A stretch of DNA of 64,000 nt from contig JBMNLI010000017.1 in NCBI GenBank assembly GCA_050952645.1, forward strand, positions 224,001 to 288,000, given 5' to 3'. Within the stretch, counting starts at the first letter, position 1. Each line of letters starts with the position of its first letter. Made by a program: the position numbers and the translations under genes. Below are positions 21,303 through 32,932 of the stretch, one piece after another. The notes below the pieces were generated by a model. The model did no database searches. It was not told where the DNA came from and saw only the letters and a list, made by a program, of their open reading frames with translations. Origin of the DNA: Bdellovibrionota bacterium. GTDB lineage: Bacteria; Bdellovibrionota_C; UBA2361; CAKMMH01.

Positions 21303-22129
21303 TTACGCTATTTCTCTAATTCTTAAAAGCCTATCTATTAAGCTTGGAAATTCCTTAAGTGGCACCATATTAGGCCCATCACTTTTAGCTTTTTCTGGCT
21401 CTGGGTGAGTCTCAAAAAACAGCCCATCGCAACCTATCGCCATTGCACATCTTGCTAGAGGCTCTACTAAGCTTCTATCCCCACCTGAAGCATTTCCTAG
21501 GGCGCTCGGTTCTTGCACGCTATGCGTCGCATCGAAAATTACTGGTGCTCCAAAAGATTGCATCTTAACTACTCCCTTAAAATCGTTTACTAAGCGTCCA
21601 TAACCAAAAAAAGTTCCTCTCTCACAAATCATCACATTTTTATTCCCCGTACTATTAACCTTTTTTATAACATTTATCATATCCGTAGGTTGCATAAATT
21701 GCCCTTTCTTAATGTTTAAAGGCTTATTAGTTTTTCCTGCAGCTAAAAGCAGATCCGTTTGTCTAGCTAAAATGCTGGAATCTGAAGCACATCACAAACA
21801 TTGGCCACAATTTGAGCTTGATAGCTTTCATGAATATCTGTAATTACGGGAAGCCCCGTTTCTTTTTTAACCTTTAATAGAGCGTTTAACCCCTCTTCGA
21901 TACCTATACCACGAAAAGAATCTATGCTAGTTCTATTAGCCTTATCGAACGAGGCTTTAAATATAACATTTATATTACGAGTTTCTTTTAAATTACTTAA
22001 AACATCGGCAATTTTTAGCAAGATTTCTTCGCTCTCTATAACGCAAGGACCCGCAATCAATAATAAAGGCATGCCCTTTCCAACTTTAAAATTTGCTATA
22101 TTAACTATATTATTAGTATTTAATTCCAT
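21303..22129 (-). CDS. kdsA: KDO 8-phosphate synthase; frameshift near 21770
   Basis: [18 protein letters not shown]; adding one T gives [13 protein letters not shown]...[26 protein letters not shown]. Confidence 0.95.
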
Positions 22130-22228
22130 TTTTTCACATCCTTTTAAAAATATTATCATCAATATAATATATAAAGGGTAAAATAAATAGTGAAAGTTAT
22201 TTATAATTTTTTTTAAAGGAGACTTAAA

Positions 22229-22792
22229 GTGGCATTTTGGAAAAAAGGAGATTCATCAAAAAATAATCTATCAAAAAATAATCTATCAAAAAACAATCTA
22301 TCAAAAAATGATTTAAAAAATAATTTAGAAGATAACGAGCAAGACGCATCTTCTAGCGACAATTATTCTAATAATAAATCAAACGATACTTTTGCGATTA
22401 AAATAACTAGTAGTAAAGAAGATTCAAAAGATAATTCAAAAGATAATAAATCACAAGAAATTACTACTAATGTAGTTCGTTCTGCATTAGGTGCAGGCAC
22501 AGTTATTCAAGGCAAGCTTTCTTTTGATACGCCAGTTAGCATCGATGGAAAATTAAGTGGGGAGTTATTTTCTTCCGAAACCGTTATTATAGGAAAATCA
22601 GGCGTAGTAGATGCGACTATCGACGTTCGCTCACTCGTAGTTTATGGAAAAATCAAAGGTGATATTAAAGTATCAGAAAAAGCTACCTTTTTAAATGGCG
22701 CTATAATCGATGGCTCTATTTCTACACCATCTTTAATAGTAGAAGAAGGAGCAACGATAAATTGCAAATTCGAGATGAAAAAAAAGAATTAA
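22229..22792 (+). CDS. Bactofilin (polymer-forming cytoskeletal protein) with low-complexity N-terminus
   Basis: Beta-helix pattern [11 protein letters not shown]...IDGKLSGEL...[12 protein letters not shown]...[14 protein letters not shown] repeated three times. Confidence 0.88.
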   Translation: MAFWKKGDSSKNNLSKNNLSKNNLSKNDLKNNLEDNEQDASSSDNYSNNKSNDTFAIKITSSKEDSKDNSKDNKSQEITTNVVRSALGAGTVIQGKLSFDTPVSIDGKLSGELFSSETVIIGKSGVVDATIDVRSLVVYGKIKGDIKVSEKATFLNGAIIDGSISTPSLIVEEGATINCKFEMKKKN

Positions 22793-23107
22793 AATATAAA
22801 GAACGAAATTTTTTTCTGTAATAGCTTTAAAGAAATTCTCTAAATACTCGCTTTTATTTGCCACTATTTAAATAAAAAAAACGATCTATTTTTTTACATA
22901 AATTTTTACAGAAATCTTTACATAAATCTTGGTGTTCTTTTAAGTTGCTATCAAGCTTTAAAGATTTTAGTTTTACTTATTTTTATTAGTTCTTTACGTT
23001 TTGTTTTAAAATTCTCAAAATAGCACTATCCTACCTACACGCCTAAAACGTGAGAAAACCTTTTTATTTCTACTATTTTGATTATCTATTTTGATTATTT
23101 GTTTTGA

Positions 23108-23442
23108 TTATCTTTTCTTAATCTTAGCAGCTTTACCACGAAGGTCTCTTAGATAATAAAGTTTTGCTCTTCTTACACGTCCTTTTGAAACGACCTCTAT
23201 CTTATCTACTCTTGGGCTATGGACAAAAAAAGTTCTTTCAACTCCTATGCCACCAGCGCTAATTTACGAACTGTAAAAGTGCCACCAGCTTGAGTGCCAC
23301 CATTTCTTTTTATTACAACGCCTTCAAAAATTTGGATACGCTCTTTATTACCCTCTACGATTTTTGCATGAACTTTTACAGTATCACCAGCTCTAAAATC
23401 AGGGATATCAGTTTTTGTATAATCTAAAGCATTTGCGTTCAT
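23108..23442 (-). CDS. rplS: 50S ribosomal protein L19; frameshift near 23265
   Basis: [18 protein letters not shown]; adding one A gives [15 protein letters not shown]...[12 protein letters not shown]...KIKKR stop. Confidence 0.96.
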
Positions 23443-23622
23443 CTTTTTTACCTTCTTTCCTTTTTTCTTTTGAAATTCAAACTACTACTTATAACTACTC
23501 ACACTTTTTAAAATGCATATCAAAATAATATAACATAACTAAAAATATAGTAAATAGGTTTACCAAATGATTTTTTATGTTAAAATGTAAAATTGTAATT
23601 TTAAAATAACTATAAAATTTTT

Positions 23623-23964
23623 ATGAATACAAAACTTAAGTATAACATAATAAAAAGAAAAAAGAAAACTTTAAGGCCTAAAGAGGATCCTAAAAAAGAA
23701 GAAATAATAAAAAAAATTTCAGATATTTTCGATGAAAATGGCTACAAAGTGCGTAGGGAAAAATTGCATCAAGGTTTCGGCTGGAAAGCGATAAGTGGTT
23801 CTTGCAGAGTTAACGATGAAAATTTAATTTTTTTAGATAGGAAGCTTGGGCAAGACGATCAAATGATTTTTCTTATGCTACAAATAAAAGAAAAAGACCT
23901 TGGCATGCCTAAAGATTTGCTTTTAGAAATACCAGATAAATTAAAAAAGATAGCTAAAATCTAG
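23623..23964 (+). CDS. Hypothetical protein
   Basis: 113-aa ORF with GYKVRREKL...SGSCRV...IFLDR; no family recognised. Confidence 0.65.
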   Translation: MNTKLKYNIIKRKKKTLRPKEDPKKEEIIKKISDIFDENGYKVRREKLHQGFGWKAISGSCRVNDENLIFLDRKLGQDDQMIFLMLQIKEKDLGMPKDLLLEIPDKLKKIAKI

Positions 23965-24876
23965 AGTTAAATCTCAACAAGTGTTCTTTTGCTCCATTTA
24001 GTGTATCTCTAGTTTTATTATTTTTAGTTATCACTACCCTATATCTAATAGAGTAAATCCCTTTATCCATATTTTTATGTCTATATTTAACATTAGTATG
24101 ATAAGTTAAAATCTTTTTTCCAAGTTTAAAAAATTTATCTTTTACACCATTTCTTTTTAATTTTCTTATATGTATTAAATATTTAAATCTCGCATTATTT
24201 CTTTTTTTATTCTTTCTAATGGTAGCTTTTAAAACTTTAGGAAGTTTTATAAGTAGAGCATTTCTATTTTTTAATTTTTTAATTTCTGGCCTTGGCACTT
24301 CCATTCTTGGATATGCAAGCTTTATTGCATTAGAGTTTCTAGGCGTTTTAGTTGGTGCAGCGGTAGGCGTAAAACTAGGAGTAAAAGTAGGCGTAAAAGT
24401 AGGAGTAAAAGTCTGCGTGTTTGTAGGGGTAAAAATTATCGTGCTAATAGGCTCTATGGTAGGAGTATTAGTTTTAGTAGGAGTAGATGTATAAGTAAAG
24501 CTTGGTGTGCTAGTATTTTCTGGCGTTATAATATTAGTAGGAGTGAAAGCATACGTATTAGTATTATTTAAAGTAGGAGTTGGTGTAAAAGTAGCGGTAG
24601 CTGTAAGAGTAGGAGTAAGGTTAGGAGTTTTAGTAGGCGTTAGTGTGGGAGTTAGAGTAGGAGTTGGAGTTAGAGTCCATGAGTATCCTTTAGGAGTTTC
24701 ATCGCAACCGTTTTCTAATGCATTAAATCTTTTAATGTTAAAATCTGCAAAAGGATCGTCTTCTGGTTCATCATCTACGCAATCATCTAAGCAGTTTATT
24801 ATTCCATCGCCGTCCATATCATCAGTGTTTTTATAAGTTCTACCGTAATACTGGGCTTGCTTACCGTAATAAGTAA
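23954..24876 (-). pseudogene. 3' part of the IS-interrupted RCC1-repeat surface protein gene (Thr/Pro-rich linker, basic C-terminal domain)
   Basis: In frame with the 5' part once the IS and one target duplication are removed: NATFT-YYGKQAQYYGRTYKNTDD-MDGDG. Confidence 0.88.
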
Positions 24877-26737
24877 CCTTAACTTTGCAAAAAAGTTCAC
24901 CTAAAATTTTTTTTGTAATTTTTTATTTATTTGAGCAGCTTTTAATCTTACCTTATCAGCATCTATATCAAACGCATTTAATATAGTTTTTTGTCTTTTG
25001 CTTACTGCATAGCTCAGCTGATATAAATCCTTACTCCCTCTTACCATTTCAATTTTTTCAAGTTCTTTTAATGCGGCAGGAACATTCATATAGTTTGGCT
25101 TTTTTGTTAGCTTAGAAAGTTCTTCATTAAGTAGAATATAAATGCGATTGCGAATTATAAGTGCTATAAACTCTATAAAAATTTTAGCAGATACTGCCTG
25201 AGATGAATGAACTCTCATACTTTTTGAGCCTAAAAAAGTCTTATCAATAGCAAAAAGTTTCTCAGTTGCGTCTCTACCCTTGTAAAGTATTATAGCTTCT
25301 TTAGCACTCATTTCTTCCGAACTAACAAGACAAAAATACCCACATAAATTAAGAGCCTTTTGAATTTCATCTGCTCTCTCTTCTACTTTTCTTAACTTTC
25401 CTTGATTGTCATAACTTAAATCAAAAAATTGCTTATACGTTTGTCCAAACTTTGTATCTTTGCCAATATGGTTTTTTAAAAATTGTTCAAACTCCTCTAA
25501 TTTAATTTCTAGTTGCTCCCTCTCAAATGCTTGCTTTTCCGCACTAAAATAAACATGAAAATAACGCTCCTTACTATCATCATCATATAATTTTGATTTC
25601 ACTGTAGTGCCATATACCTTGTATAAGCGAATACTACAGTCTCTTTTAGACTCAAATGTATTCCTGTTTTCTTCTACTAATTTAGAAACTAAAGCCTTAC
25701 ACCCTTTTACCATCAATAAAAAAGAAAAACCACTATTATCCATATATTGAATATTATATTTACTAAAATAACCACGGTCTAAAATAAATCCTATCTTTTT
25801 ATATCCATACTCTATAACCTTATCTGCCATATGAGTAAATTGAGAAACGTCTGTAATAGAACCAGGATACTCTTCGTAAAATAACGGAACTCTATTCGTT
25901 TGATCAAAGGCAATGGATAAATTAAATACTGGGAATCCTTTTTCGTCTTTCGCTTTACCAAACTCTACTAATTCAACATCACCTGCTTGACAGTTCTTAT
26001 TAGTCGAATCATATGAAACGTAAACCATTTGATTGCGATCTTTTCCCTTGTTCCAATCGTCAAGAAAGTTAATTATCTGCTCTTTGCTAACAGAAGAAAG
26101 AAAACGACTTATGGTAGAATCACTATAGATGCGCATACCTTTTGTAAAGAGTGGATGAGAAAAGGCGTAGTCTGGATAATACTGACTGACATTCTCTTCA
26201 TTTACAATAAAATAACTCGCTAAATCAAGTATAAGTTCACTACGTTCACCAAAATGTTTTTTTTAGTAAAAAAGGCAAATTAAATTCATTTGCTACTTTT
26301 TCAATCACCAAGTGGGGGACCTATACGAAGACAACAACTGCGTGAAGCGTCTGAAAATTTCTCGGGCATAGGGGCATCTGGAAAATAATTACTATAATTG
26401 TCATTAGGGTACATAATATCATCTCTACCATCAACTAATTTTCCAATAACGCTACGCTTTGGATTAGTATACTGTTTCTCTTTATTATAAGTGCGATCGT
26501 ATTCAAAAAGCACATATTTTGCTTCCCCTTTTTCTCTTATAATTATTTTATTTCTTTGCTCTGGTAATGGAACTGTTCGATTGTAATTCATAAAACCTCC
26601 TTTAGGTTAACGGTTGCACTAAAAGTATAGCATAGTAAATACACAGATGCAAGTAAAAAAAATGCATAATTTAACGATTATTTCTTATTTATTTTAATTG
26701 ATTATTTGTTTAGGTGAACTTTTTTGAAAAGTTAAGG
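24877..26737 (-). mobile_element. Insertion sequence, IS1634-like, 1861 bp
   Basis: 29-bp TIRs ccttaactttgcaaaaaagttcacctaaa / tttaggtgaacttttttgaaaagttaagg (1 mismatch); 6-bp direct repeat aagtaa at 24871-24876 and 26738-26743. Confidence 0.95.
24901..26591 (-). CDS. DDE transposase (IS1634/IS4-like); +1 frameshifts near 26316 and 26260
   Basis: YDSTN, FILDRGY, YKGRDATEKLF; removing one base from each homopolymer joins ORFs 26301-26591 and 24901-26136. Confidence 0.9.
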
Positions 26738-29314
26738 AAGTAAAAGTAGCATTATCATCTAGATTAGGACATTGGTCGTAAGGGTCTAAAACTTCATCTC
26801 CATCGTGATCGTTTATATCGCAATAATTTTCAGTAAGAGTTTTACATCTATAAACTCCCTTTCCTATAACATCATAAGTAATGCCACCGATTACTATTTC
26901 GCCAGTTTTTTCCGAACACTCTTCCCCTATAAAAAAATCTTCATCGATACGACCATCGTAATCATTATCTAAACCATCACAAAGTTCAGGCTGTGGCTCA
27001 GGCGTATACGTTGCCGTGTTAGTAGGTGTATTAGTCGGCGTGTTAGTAGGTGTATTTGTTGGCACCGTCGGCGTATTTGTAGGAGTATTTGTAAAAGTAT
27101 GCGTGAATGTAGGAGTAAAGGTAGGCGTAAAGGTAGGCGTTGATGCGGCGCTAGATGAACTACTATGAAAAGAAGTAGTGCTACTACTGCTACTACTAGG
27201 AGTACCATTTGGTGAAGAACTACTATGAAAAGAAGTAGTGCTACTACTGCTACTACTAGGAGTACCATTTGGTGAAGAACTACTATGAAAAGAAGTAGTG
27301 CTACTACTGCTACTACTAGGAGTACCATTTGGTGAAGAACTACTATGAAAAGAAGTAGTGCTACTACTGCTACTACTAGGAGTACCATTTGGTGAAGAAC
27401 TACTAGATTGCACATTACCTTGCGAGCTAGCACTACTACCACCTCCAAAAATAATTATACCGTCTCCATCCATATCTCCAAACCCTAAACCTTTCATCAT
27501 GCGTTTACCGTCTGAAGAAAAATCTTCATCTATTTTTCCATCACAATCATTATCTAAGCCATCATAAATTTCTAAGGTTTTCGCATCCATATTCGCTTGT
27601 GCATCACACAAAACAGGACTATCAGATATTAAACCAGCACAATAATATTTTCCATTTTCAAGGCATACTCCAAGTCCAGCAGAGCAACTTAAATTTATAG
27701 AAGAATACAAACTATCTTTACAACAAGCAGGCGTATTTGCACTACAAACTATCAGAGGCTCTTCTGTGTCTCCATTGTAGCAAGTTAGCACTCCCTCTCC
27801 TAAACATTGATTAGCTAAACCATTATCGCACTCTTTACCTAAGTTTGCATAATTCCAATGCGTAGAACAATTAGTAGGAAACATTAGAGCTTCCCCTCCT
27901 AAGAATATCTGAGTAGGCGTTTGTCTAGAAACTTTAGTGCCATCTCCAATTTGTGCTAAAGTATTATTTCCAGTGCTGTAAAGTTTTCCAACCACATTTA
28001 TTATATATAAATTATTGCTAACATTTATAATACGTTTTACATCACTAAAAATAAATTCAGGTGTTTTTTGATTAATAGTAGTATTATTCCCAATTTGTCC
28101 AAAATCATTTTTTCCAAAACAGTAAAGATTATTATCACTCGCAACTACGCAAGTAGAATTGCTAGCAAGCGACATACTATAAACACCGTCTAGGACTTTA
28201 TAAAACGGACTAGAAACGCTATCCCCTTTTCCTATTTGTCCGTAATTATTAGCGCCACTACAATAAAGCTTATTCTCGTTAGTTATAGCGCAAATATGGT
28301 ACTCTCCTATTGAAACTTGTTTTATATCATCTAAAACTTTTAATGGTGCTGAAACTTTGCTATCTTCTTTTGCGTCGATCGGCTTATAAGTAGCATTATT
28401 ATTTCCCCAACAATAAAGCGTTCCGTCTACTTTTATAGCACAAGTATTAAGGCTAGTTATACTAACATTGCGGACATTTTCAAGCACTTTCTTAGGAGTA
28501 TTCACGGAAGCGCTTAAAGTTCCGCTACCTACCTGACCAAAGCTATTTCCTCCCCAACAAAAAAGATCTCCATTAGTTTTAATAGCACAAGCGTGCGCAA
28601 CTGAAGAATTTTGCAAAGACACATAACTTACATCATCTAAAATTTTAATTGGAGATACCACTCGAGAACTAAAAGTGCCATTTCCTACATTTCCAACTTC
28701 ATTATAGCCCCAGCAATATAGCGCTCCTAAAGTAGTTATAGCACATGTAGTCCACCCTCCTACTGCCACTTGGCTTATATTAAGCTTAGGAAGTATCAAC
28801 TTAGGTGTAGTCTCGTAGGTAGTATCCCCCGAGCCTAATTGACCATAATCATTTTTTCCAAAACAATAAAGCTTGCTATCTGAAATAGCACAAGTATGAT
28901 CATAGCCTACACTAACGGCACTTACATTTGTAAGCCCCACAATTTTTTTAGGAGTCGATACGTGATAATCTTTAGATGTTATTTGACCATGTTCATTTAA
29001 CCCCAGCAGTAAAGTTCTCCACTTACAGAAATAGCGCAAGTAGTGCTCCCATTACTTGCTACCTGCTTTACGCTATCTAATATAACGCTATCTAATATAG
29101 GGGCTGATGCAAAACAAGGACTATTAGAAAATATTATGATAAATAAAAAGATAAATAAAAATAAGAAAAAATTAGAAAGAAAACTAGAGAATCTTTTTAT
29201 AGTTTCTAATGGTTTTCTACTATATATTTCCTTACTATATATCTCGTTATATACCTTATCATATATAGAGGGAAAAAAATTCAATAAGTTATGTTCTTTT
29301 ATGATAAAATTCAT
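26738..29314 (-). pseudogene. 5' part of a large secreted or surface protein gene (RCC1-like repeats, Cys/Asp-rich motifs, Ser- and Thr/Pro-rich linkers); frameshift near 29002 and IS disruption
   Basis: Hydrophobic N-terminal segment; repeated HTCAI...LYCWGxNxxGQ; two DGLDNDxDGxIDEDF motifs. Confidence 0.88.
27157..27405 (-). repeat. Exact 60-bp coding tandem repeat, about 4 copies (SSSSPNGTPSSSSSSTTSFH)
   Basis: Lines starting 27181, 27241 and 27301 are identical; 27361 matches for 45 bp. Confidence 0.97.
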
Positions 29315-29689
29315 AAATTAAAAATAATCAAATAAATAAAAAATAAATAAATATGCCTACGCATAAAATAAAAAATAAAATAAAAAACTTTAAAATTTAC
29401 TTACTTTTTTAAAAATAAATACAAATCAATAAATCGATATTATCGATACTTTGATGTAAAAAGCGAGTTTTCGTTGCTATCACTTAAATTTTTTTTTAAT
29501 TTTTTATAATTTTTTTGATTATTTAGGCGTTTTTTTAAGAAAATTTATACTTTTTTACCTCTATTTTAGCATTTTTTTTAATTTTTATATTTTTCAGTGA
29601 ATTTCAGTGACATCTAATTATGAGCCAATAGGATGATAGCTTTAAAAACTTTAGGAAGTTTTATAAGGAAGAGCTTTTTTGTTTTTAAT

Positions 29690-30025
29690 TTATATTAACG
29701 GTTGTTTTCTTTCTTGATTTAATTTTTCAGCCGACAATCGCACGTTAGCAATATTTTCATAAACTACATCGCCCGTATCTTCTGCATCTTGTATAACGGC
29801 AGACTTTAATGCTGAATAATTAACTATGCCTAGTCTTTGATTTTCAGGAACGAATATTTCACCACATGCTTTACATTGTGCTACTACCACTATTCCAGCA
29901 AAAGTCACCTTTGAAAGGTCTGTTAAAAAATCACTATCATCGGCTCCCTTTAACCCACAATAAGGACAAGTAATCTCATCTATAAACGTTTCCGCTAAAC
30001 CTTTTAACCTAAACTTTATCGCCAT
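29690..30025 (-). CDS. Hypothetical protein with probable zinc ribbon
   Basis: CPYC and CKAC pairs; GGAGG RBS. Confidence 0.75.
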   Translation of the reverse strand: MAIKFRLKGLAETFIDEITCPYCGLKGADDSDFLTDLSKVTFAGIVVVAQCKACGEIFVPENQRLGIVNYSALKSAVIQDAEDTGDVVYENIANVRLSAEKLNQERKQPLI

Positions 30026-30082
30026 ACGTAAATATTTCCTCCCTATCTTGCCTTAAGTTTAACCTAAAAAAAAATCTCTACC

Positions 30083-30433
30083 TCACACCATTTCAAACAC
30101 ATTATCTAACATAAGTAGCTTAAAAATCTCATCGACAAAACCACTAGCATCTTTTATAACTAATTTTCCGTTTTCTTCTTTTAATTTTTCATTACACGAT
30201 AGAATCTTTCCTATACCATAACTATTTATCACTTCGACTTGAGACATATCTAATACGATATTTTTCTTGCCTTTCTCAAGAAGATTACTAAAAGCTTTCG
30301 TTAAGGCCTCACCGCTTTGCTCCGAATCTAAATCCTCGGTTATCTTAATAACCGCTTCACCTCTAGGCGATATTTCCGTTAGAAACTCTAGATCTATATA
30401 CTTATTATTCATAAGTTTTATATCGGATATCAA
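30083..30433 (-). CDS. STAS-domain anti-sigma factor antagonist
   Basis: IVLDMSQVEVINSYGIG; EIFKLLMLDNVF. Confidence 0.88.
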   Translation of the reverse strand: MISDIKLMNNKYIDLEFLTEISPRGEAVIKITEDLDSEQSGEALTKAFSNLLEKGKKNIVLDMSQVEVINSYGIGKILSCNEKLKEENGKLVIKDASGFVDEIFKLLMLDNVFEMV

Positions 30434-30570
30434 CGCTTTAAACTTAATATTTTTTAATATCTTTCCTTACCATTTATTTATAATTTATTTATAATTTATT
30501 TACCGCTTATTATTTACGGTTTATTTGCTACTTATTATTACAAAATTAAAGCTAACTATATCTTTAAACT

Positions 30571-30597
30571 TAAGATTTTTCTTTATTTTCCCGAATA
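30571..30597 (+). promoter_or_regulatory. Sigma28-like promoter for the HDOD gene
   Basis: TAAG-N15-CCCGAATA versus consensus TAAA-N15-GCCGATAA. Confidence 0.5.
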
Positions 30598-30692
30598 TTT
30601 ACACAAGACTTCAAGGATAAAAAACAAGGATAAAAACAAAAAAATAATGATAAATAAAAAATAAACTAAAGAATTTTCAAGGATTTTTTATT

Positions 30693-31634
30693 ATGAATGA
30701 TAACTCTTTACAAAACAGTCAAGAAAATAACCAAACGTATAACCAAGAAGAATTTAAGACTGAACATGAAATCGCCGTCGATTGGAGAGAAATCCTAACT
30801 TGGGTCGATGACTTACCACCGATGCCACACGTAGCCTCTAAAGTTATAAACTTACTAAGTTCTCCTAATACGACATCTGCCGAGCTAAATGAGTTTTTAA
30901 AAAAAGACACAGCATTAAGTAGTAAAATTTTAAAAATAGCTAACTCTGCACTATTTTCTAGACAACGAGAAATTACAGGCATAAATCAAGCCGTAATGCT
31001 AATAGGATTTCAAGCGCTAAAAGGTATCGTCGTTGCAGCAACTATAAGACAAATGAATCAGACATTAAGTTCAATACAAAAAATTATTTGGGATCACAGT
31101 ATCGCTACCGCTATGTTTTCTACTAATATTTCAAAATCTTTAAAAAAACCTTACTCAGATGAGATGTTTCTTTTCGGTATGCTCCATTCGTTAGGACATT
31201 TCGTTATTTTAAATTATAATGAGACTAAAAATCGATTTAAGGATGTTATGAACCTTATAAAAGAAAACTCTTGCGACTACTGCACGGCAGAACAAGAAAT
31301 TTTTGGATTTACACACCCTCTTATAGGTGCGCTAGTAGCTAAGAAATGGAATTTTTCAGCAGAAATTTGTCAAATAGTTCTTCATTACGCTAGCTCGCTA
31401 GAAAGTTTTAAAGAAGAAAACGTGCAAACTGAAAAAACACTTATACTAAAATTATCAGATATCTTATCTCACACTTTAAAATTAGGAAGCCCTGAAGGAT
31501 ACAAAGACTTAACTAATGATATAGTGCCAATATGTAAACTTATAGGTTTTAATAAAGATACTCTAAACGAAGACTTGCAAAATATCGTAGAACTTACCGA
31601 AAAGCAATACGAAGCTGAAAAAAGCATTTATTAA
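30693..31634 (+). CDS. HDOD-domain protein
   Basis: LPPMPHVA, DTALSSKILKIANS, WDHS, GMLHSLG, HPLIGALVAKKWNF. Confidence 0.92.
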   Translation: MNDNSLQNSQENNQTYNQEEFKTEHEIAVDWREILTWVDDLPPMPHVASKVINLLSSPNTTSAELNEFLKKDTALSSKILKIANSALFSRQREITGINQAVMLIGFQALKGIVVAATIRQMNQTLSSIQKIIWDHSIATAMFSTNISKSLKKPYSDEMFLFGMLHSLGHFVILNYNETKNRFKDVMNLIKENSCDYCTAEQEIFGFTHPLIGALVAKKWNFSAEICQIVLHYASSLESFKEENVQTEKTLILKLSDILSHTLKLGSPEGYKDLTNDIVPICKLIGFNKDTLNEDLQNIVELTEKQYEAEKSIY

Positions 31635-31766
31635 AAATAGATTAAAAAAAATAGATTAAAAAAATTAAAGGATAACAAGAAAAATCCTTAAAGGTTTTTA
31701 TCTTATATTTTCACTTTTTATTTGCTTTTTATATTTTCACTTTGTCTTTCAATTTGTTCTAAAGTT

Positions 31767-32360
31767 TTATCGCTGAGTTTCATCGCTAGGATTTTCTTTC
31801 TCCCCTTCCTTTACCTCTTCTTCCTTAACCCACAAAGGATGTCTAGTAGAATACTTAGGATCATCAAAAATAACTTGCACGCCTTTTCTATTTCTTAAAT
31901 TTACAAACAATGGAGCTTTTAAATTTGCCGTAGTCGAACTCAACTCTTTTCTAACCGTAACTATAATTAAAATTGCGTATTCGTCATCTTCTCTAAAATC
32001 ACACAAAGGATCGTTTAAAGGCGGCTTTAAAGAATACTCAACTCCGAATTCATACCCATCGATAACTACAAAAGCTAGCGCAGGGTCGTCTGCACTATGA
32101 AGCCAAGAAAAAGGCGCTTTATGTTCAAGCATTACAAACTCAGTGTTTTTAGGAAAACCTATAAGCCCAGAGGGAAAGTAAATTAAACTTTCCTTTGGAA
32201 CCTTTAAATCACCAAAGCGTAAACTTTTTATAATTATTTCTTCTTTAGAATTTTCAGTATTACTTTCTGCATCACTTTCTACACTATTTTCTGCATTATA
32301 TGCCACACTACTTTCACATTCATTTTTTACATTTTCACACATAAAGACTTGCCTACCCAA
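31767..32360 (-). CDS. fliW: Flagellar assembly factor FliW (start may be at an ATG slightly downstream)
   Basis: RFG...FPSGLIGF, FSWLHS, TANLKAPL, GVQVI; adjacent to csrA. Confidence 0.93.
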   Translation of the reverse strand: MGRQVFMCENVKNECESSVAYNAENSVESDAESNTENSKEEIIIKSLRFGDLKVPKESLIYFPSGLIGFPKNTEFVMLEHKAPFSWLHSADDPALAFVVIDGYEFGVEYSLKPPLNDPLCDFREDDEYAILIIVTVRKELSSTTANLKAPLFVNLRNRKGVQVIFDDPKYSTRHPLWVKEEEVKEGEKENPSDETQR

Positions 32361-32379
32361 AAAATATTATTTCTAAATA

Positions 32380-32673
32380 TCACTTCTTAGAAACTACGAG
32401 CTTATTTAACTTAGCACTGCTACATTTTTTGTCTTTATTTTCATCGATATATTGGTCTAATACATTAAGCTCTTGTCCACTTTCTAAAGGAGAACTAGCG
32501 GCAACCTTATTTTCTTCTAATATTTGTAAATATATTTCTTCTCTATATATTTTATAATTATAAGGCGCATCTACACCTATTCTTGCCTGACTCCCCTTTA
32601 CATCGAGGACGATAATCTTTATATCATCACCAACAAAAATACTTTCACCAGCTTTTCTCGTTAATATAAGCAT
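32380..32673 (-). CDS. csrA: Carbon storage regulator CsrA with C-terminal extension
   Basis: [25 protein letters not shown]; the extension is typical of FliW-controlled CsrA. Confidence 0.96.
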   Translation of the reverse strand: MLILTRKAGESIFVGDDIKIIVLDVKGSQARIGVDAPYNYKIYREEIYLQILEENKVAASSPLESGQELNVLDQYIDENKDKKCSSAKLNKLVVSKK

Positions 32674-32847
32674 CTTTTGCCTTCCTTGGCTAAAACAATA
32701 AAATAAACAATATAAATAAAATACATTAGAAGCTTATAAAAAAAATGAAATTTTTACAATAGTAATGTTTCAAAATAGTTTAGATCGCTATTTTACCGCT
32801 ATATTATCACCTAATTATCACACATTATTACCAAATTATCACTATTT

Positions 32848-32863
32848 TGGCACTATTTATGCA
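32848..32863 (+). promoter_or_regulatory. Sigma54 (-24/-12) promoter
   Basis: TGGCACTATTTATGCA with GG-N10-GC spacing, 70 bp upstream of the transglycosylase gene. Confidence 0.7.
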
Positions 32864-32932
32864 TAAAATTAAGCTATATAGCCATATTTTTTTATTTTTA
32901 TAAATATTATTTTAAATTATTTCTAAAAAACG

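Noticed and set aside
21303..23442. kdsA and rplS as true pseudogenes
   Set aside because: Each has a single homopolymer indel with otherwise intact sequence and is normally essential; an assembly error is more likely.
23954..24015. Extra frameshift giving the surface protein a YTKWSKRTLVEI C-terminus
   Set aside because: It would remove the overlap with the convergent gene, but cannot be supported without homologues or reads.
26969..27448. Hydrophobic repeat ORF resembling a membrane protein
   Set aside because: Alternative frame of the 60-bp Ser-rich repeat inside the RCC1-repeat gene.
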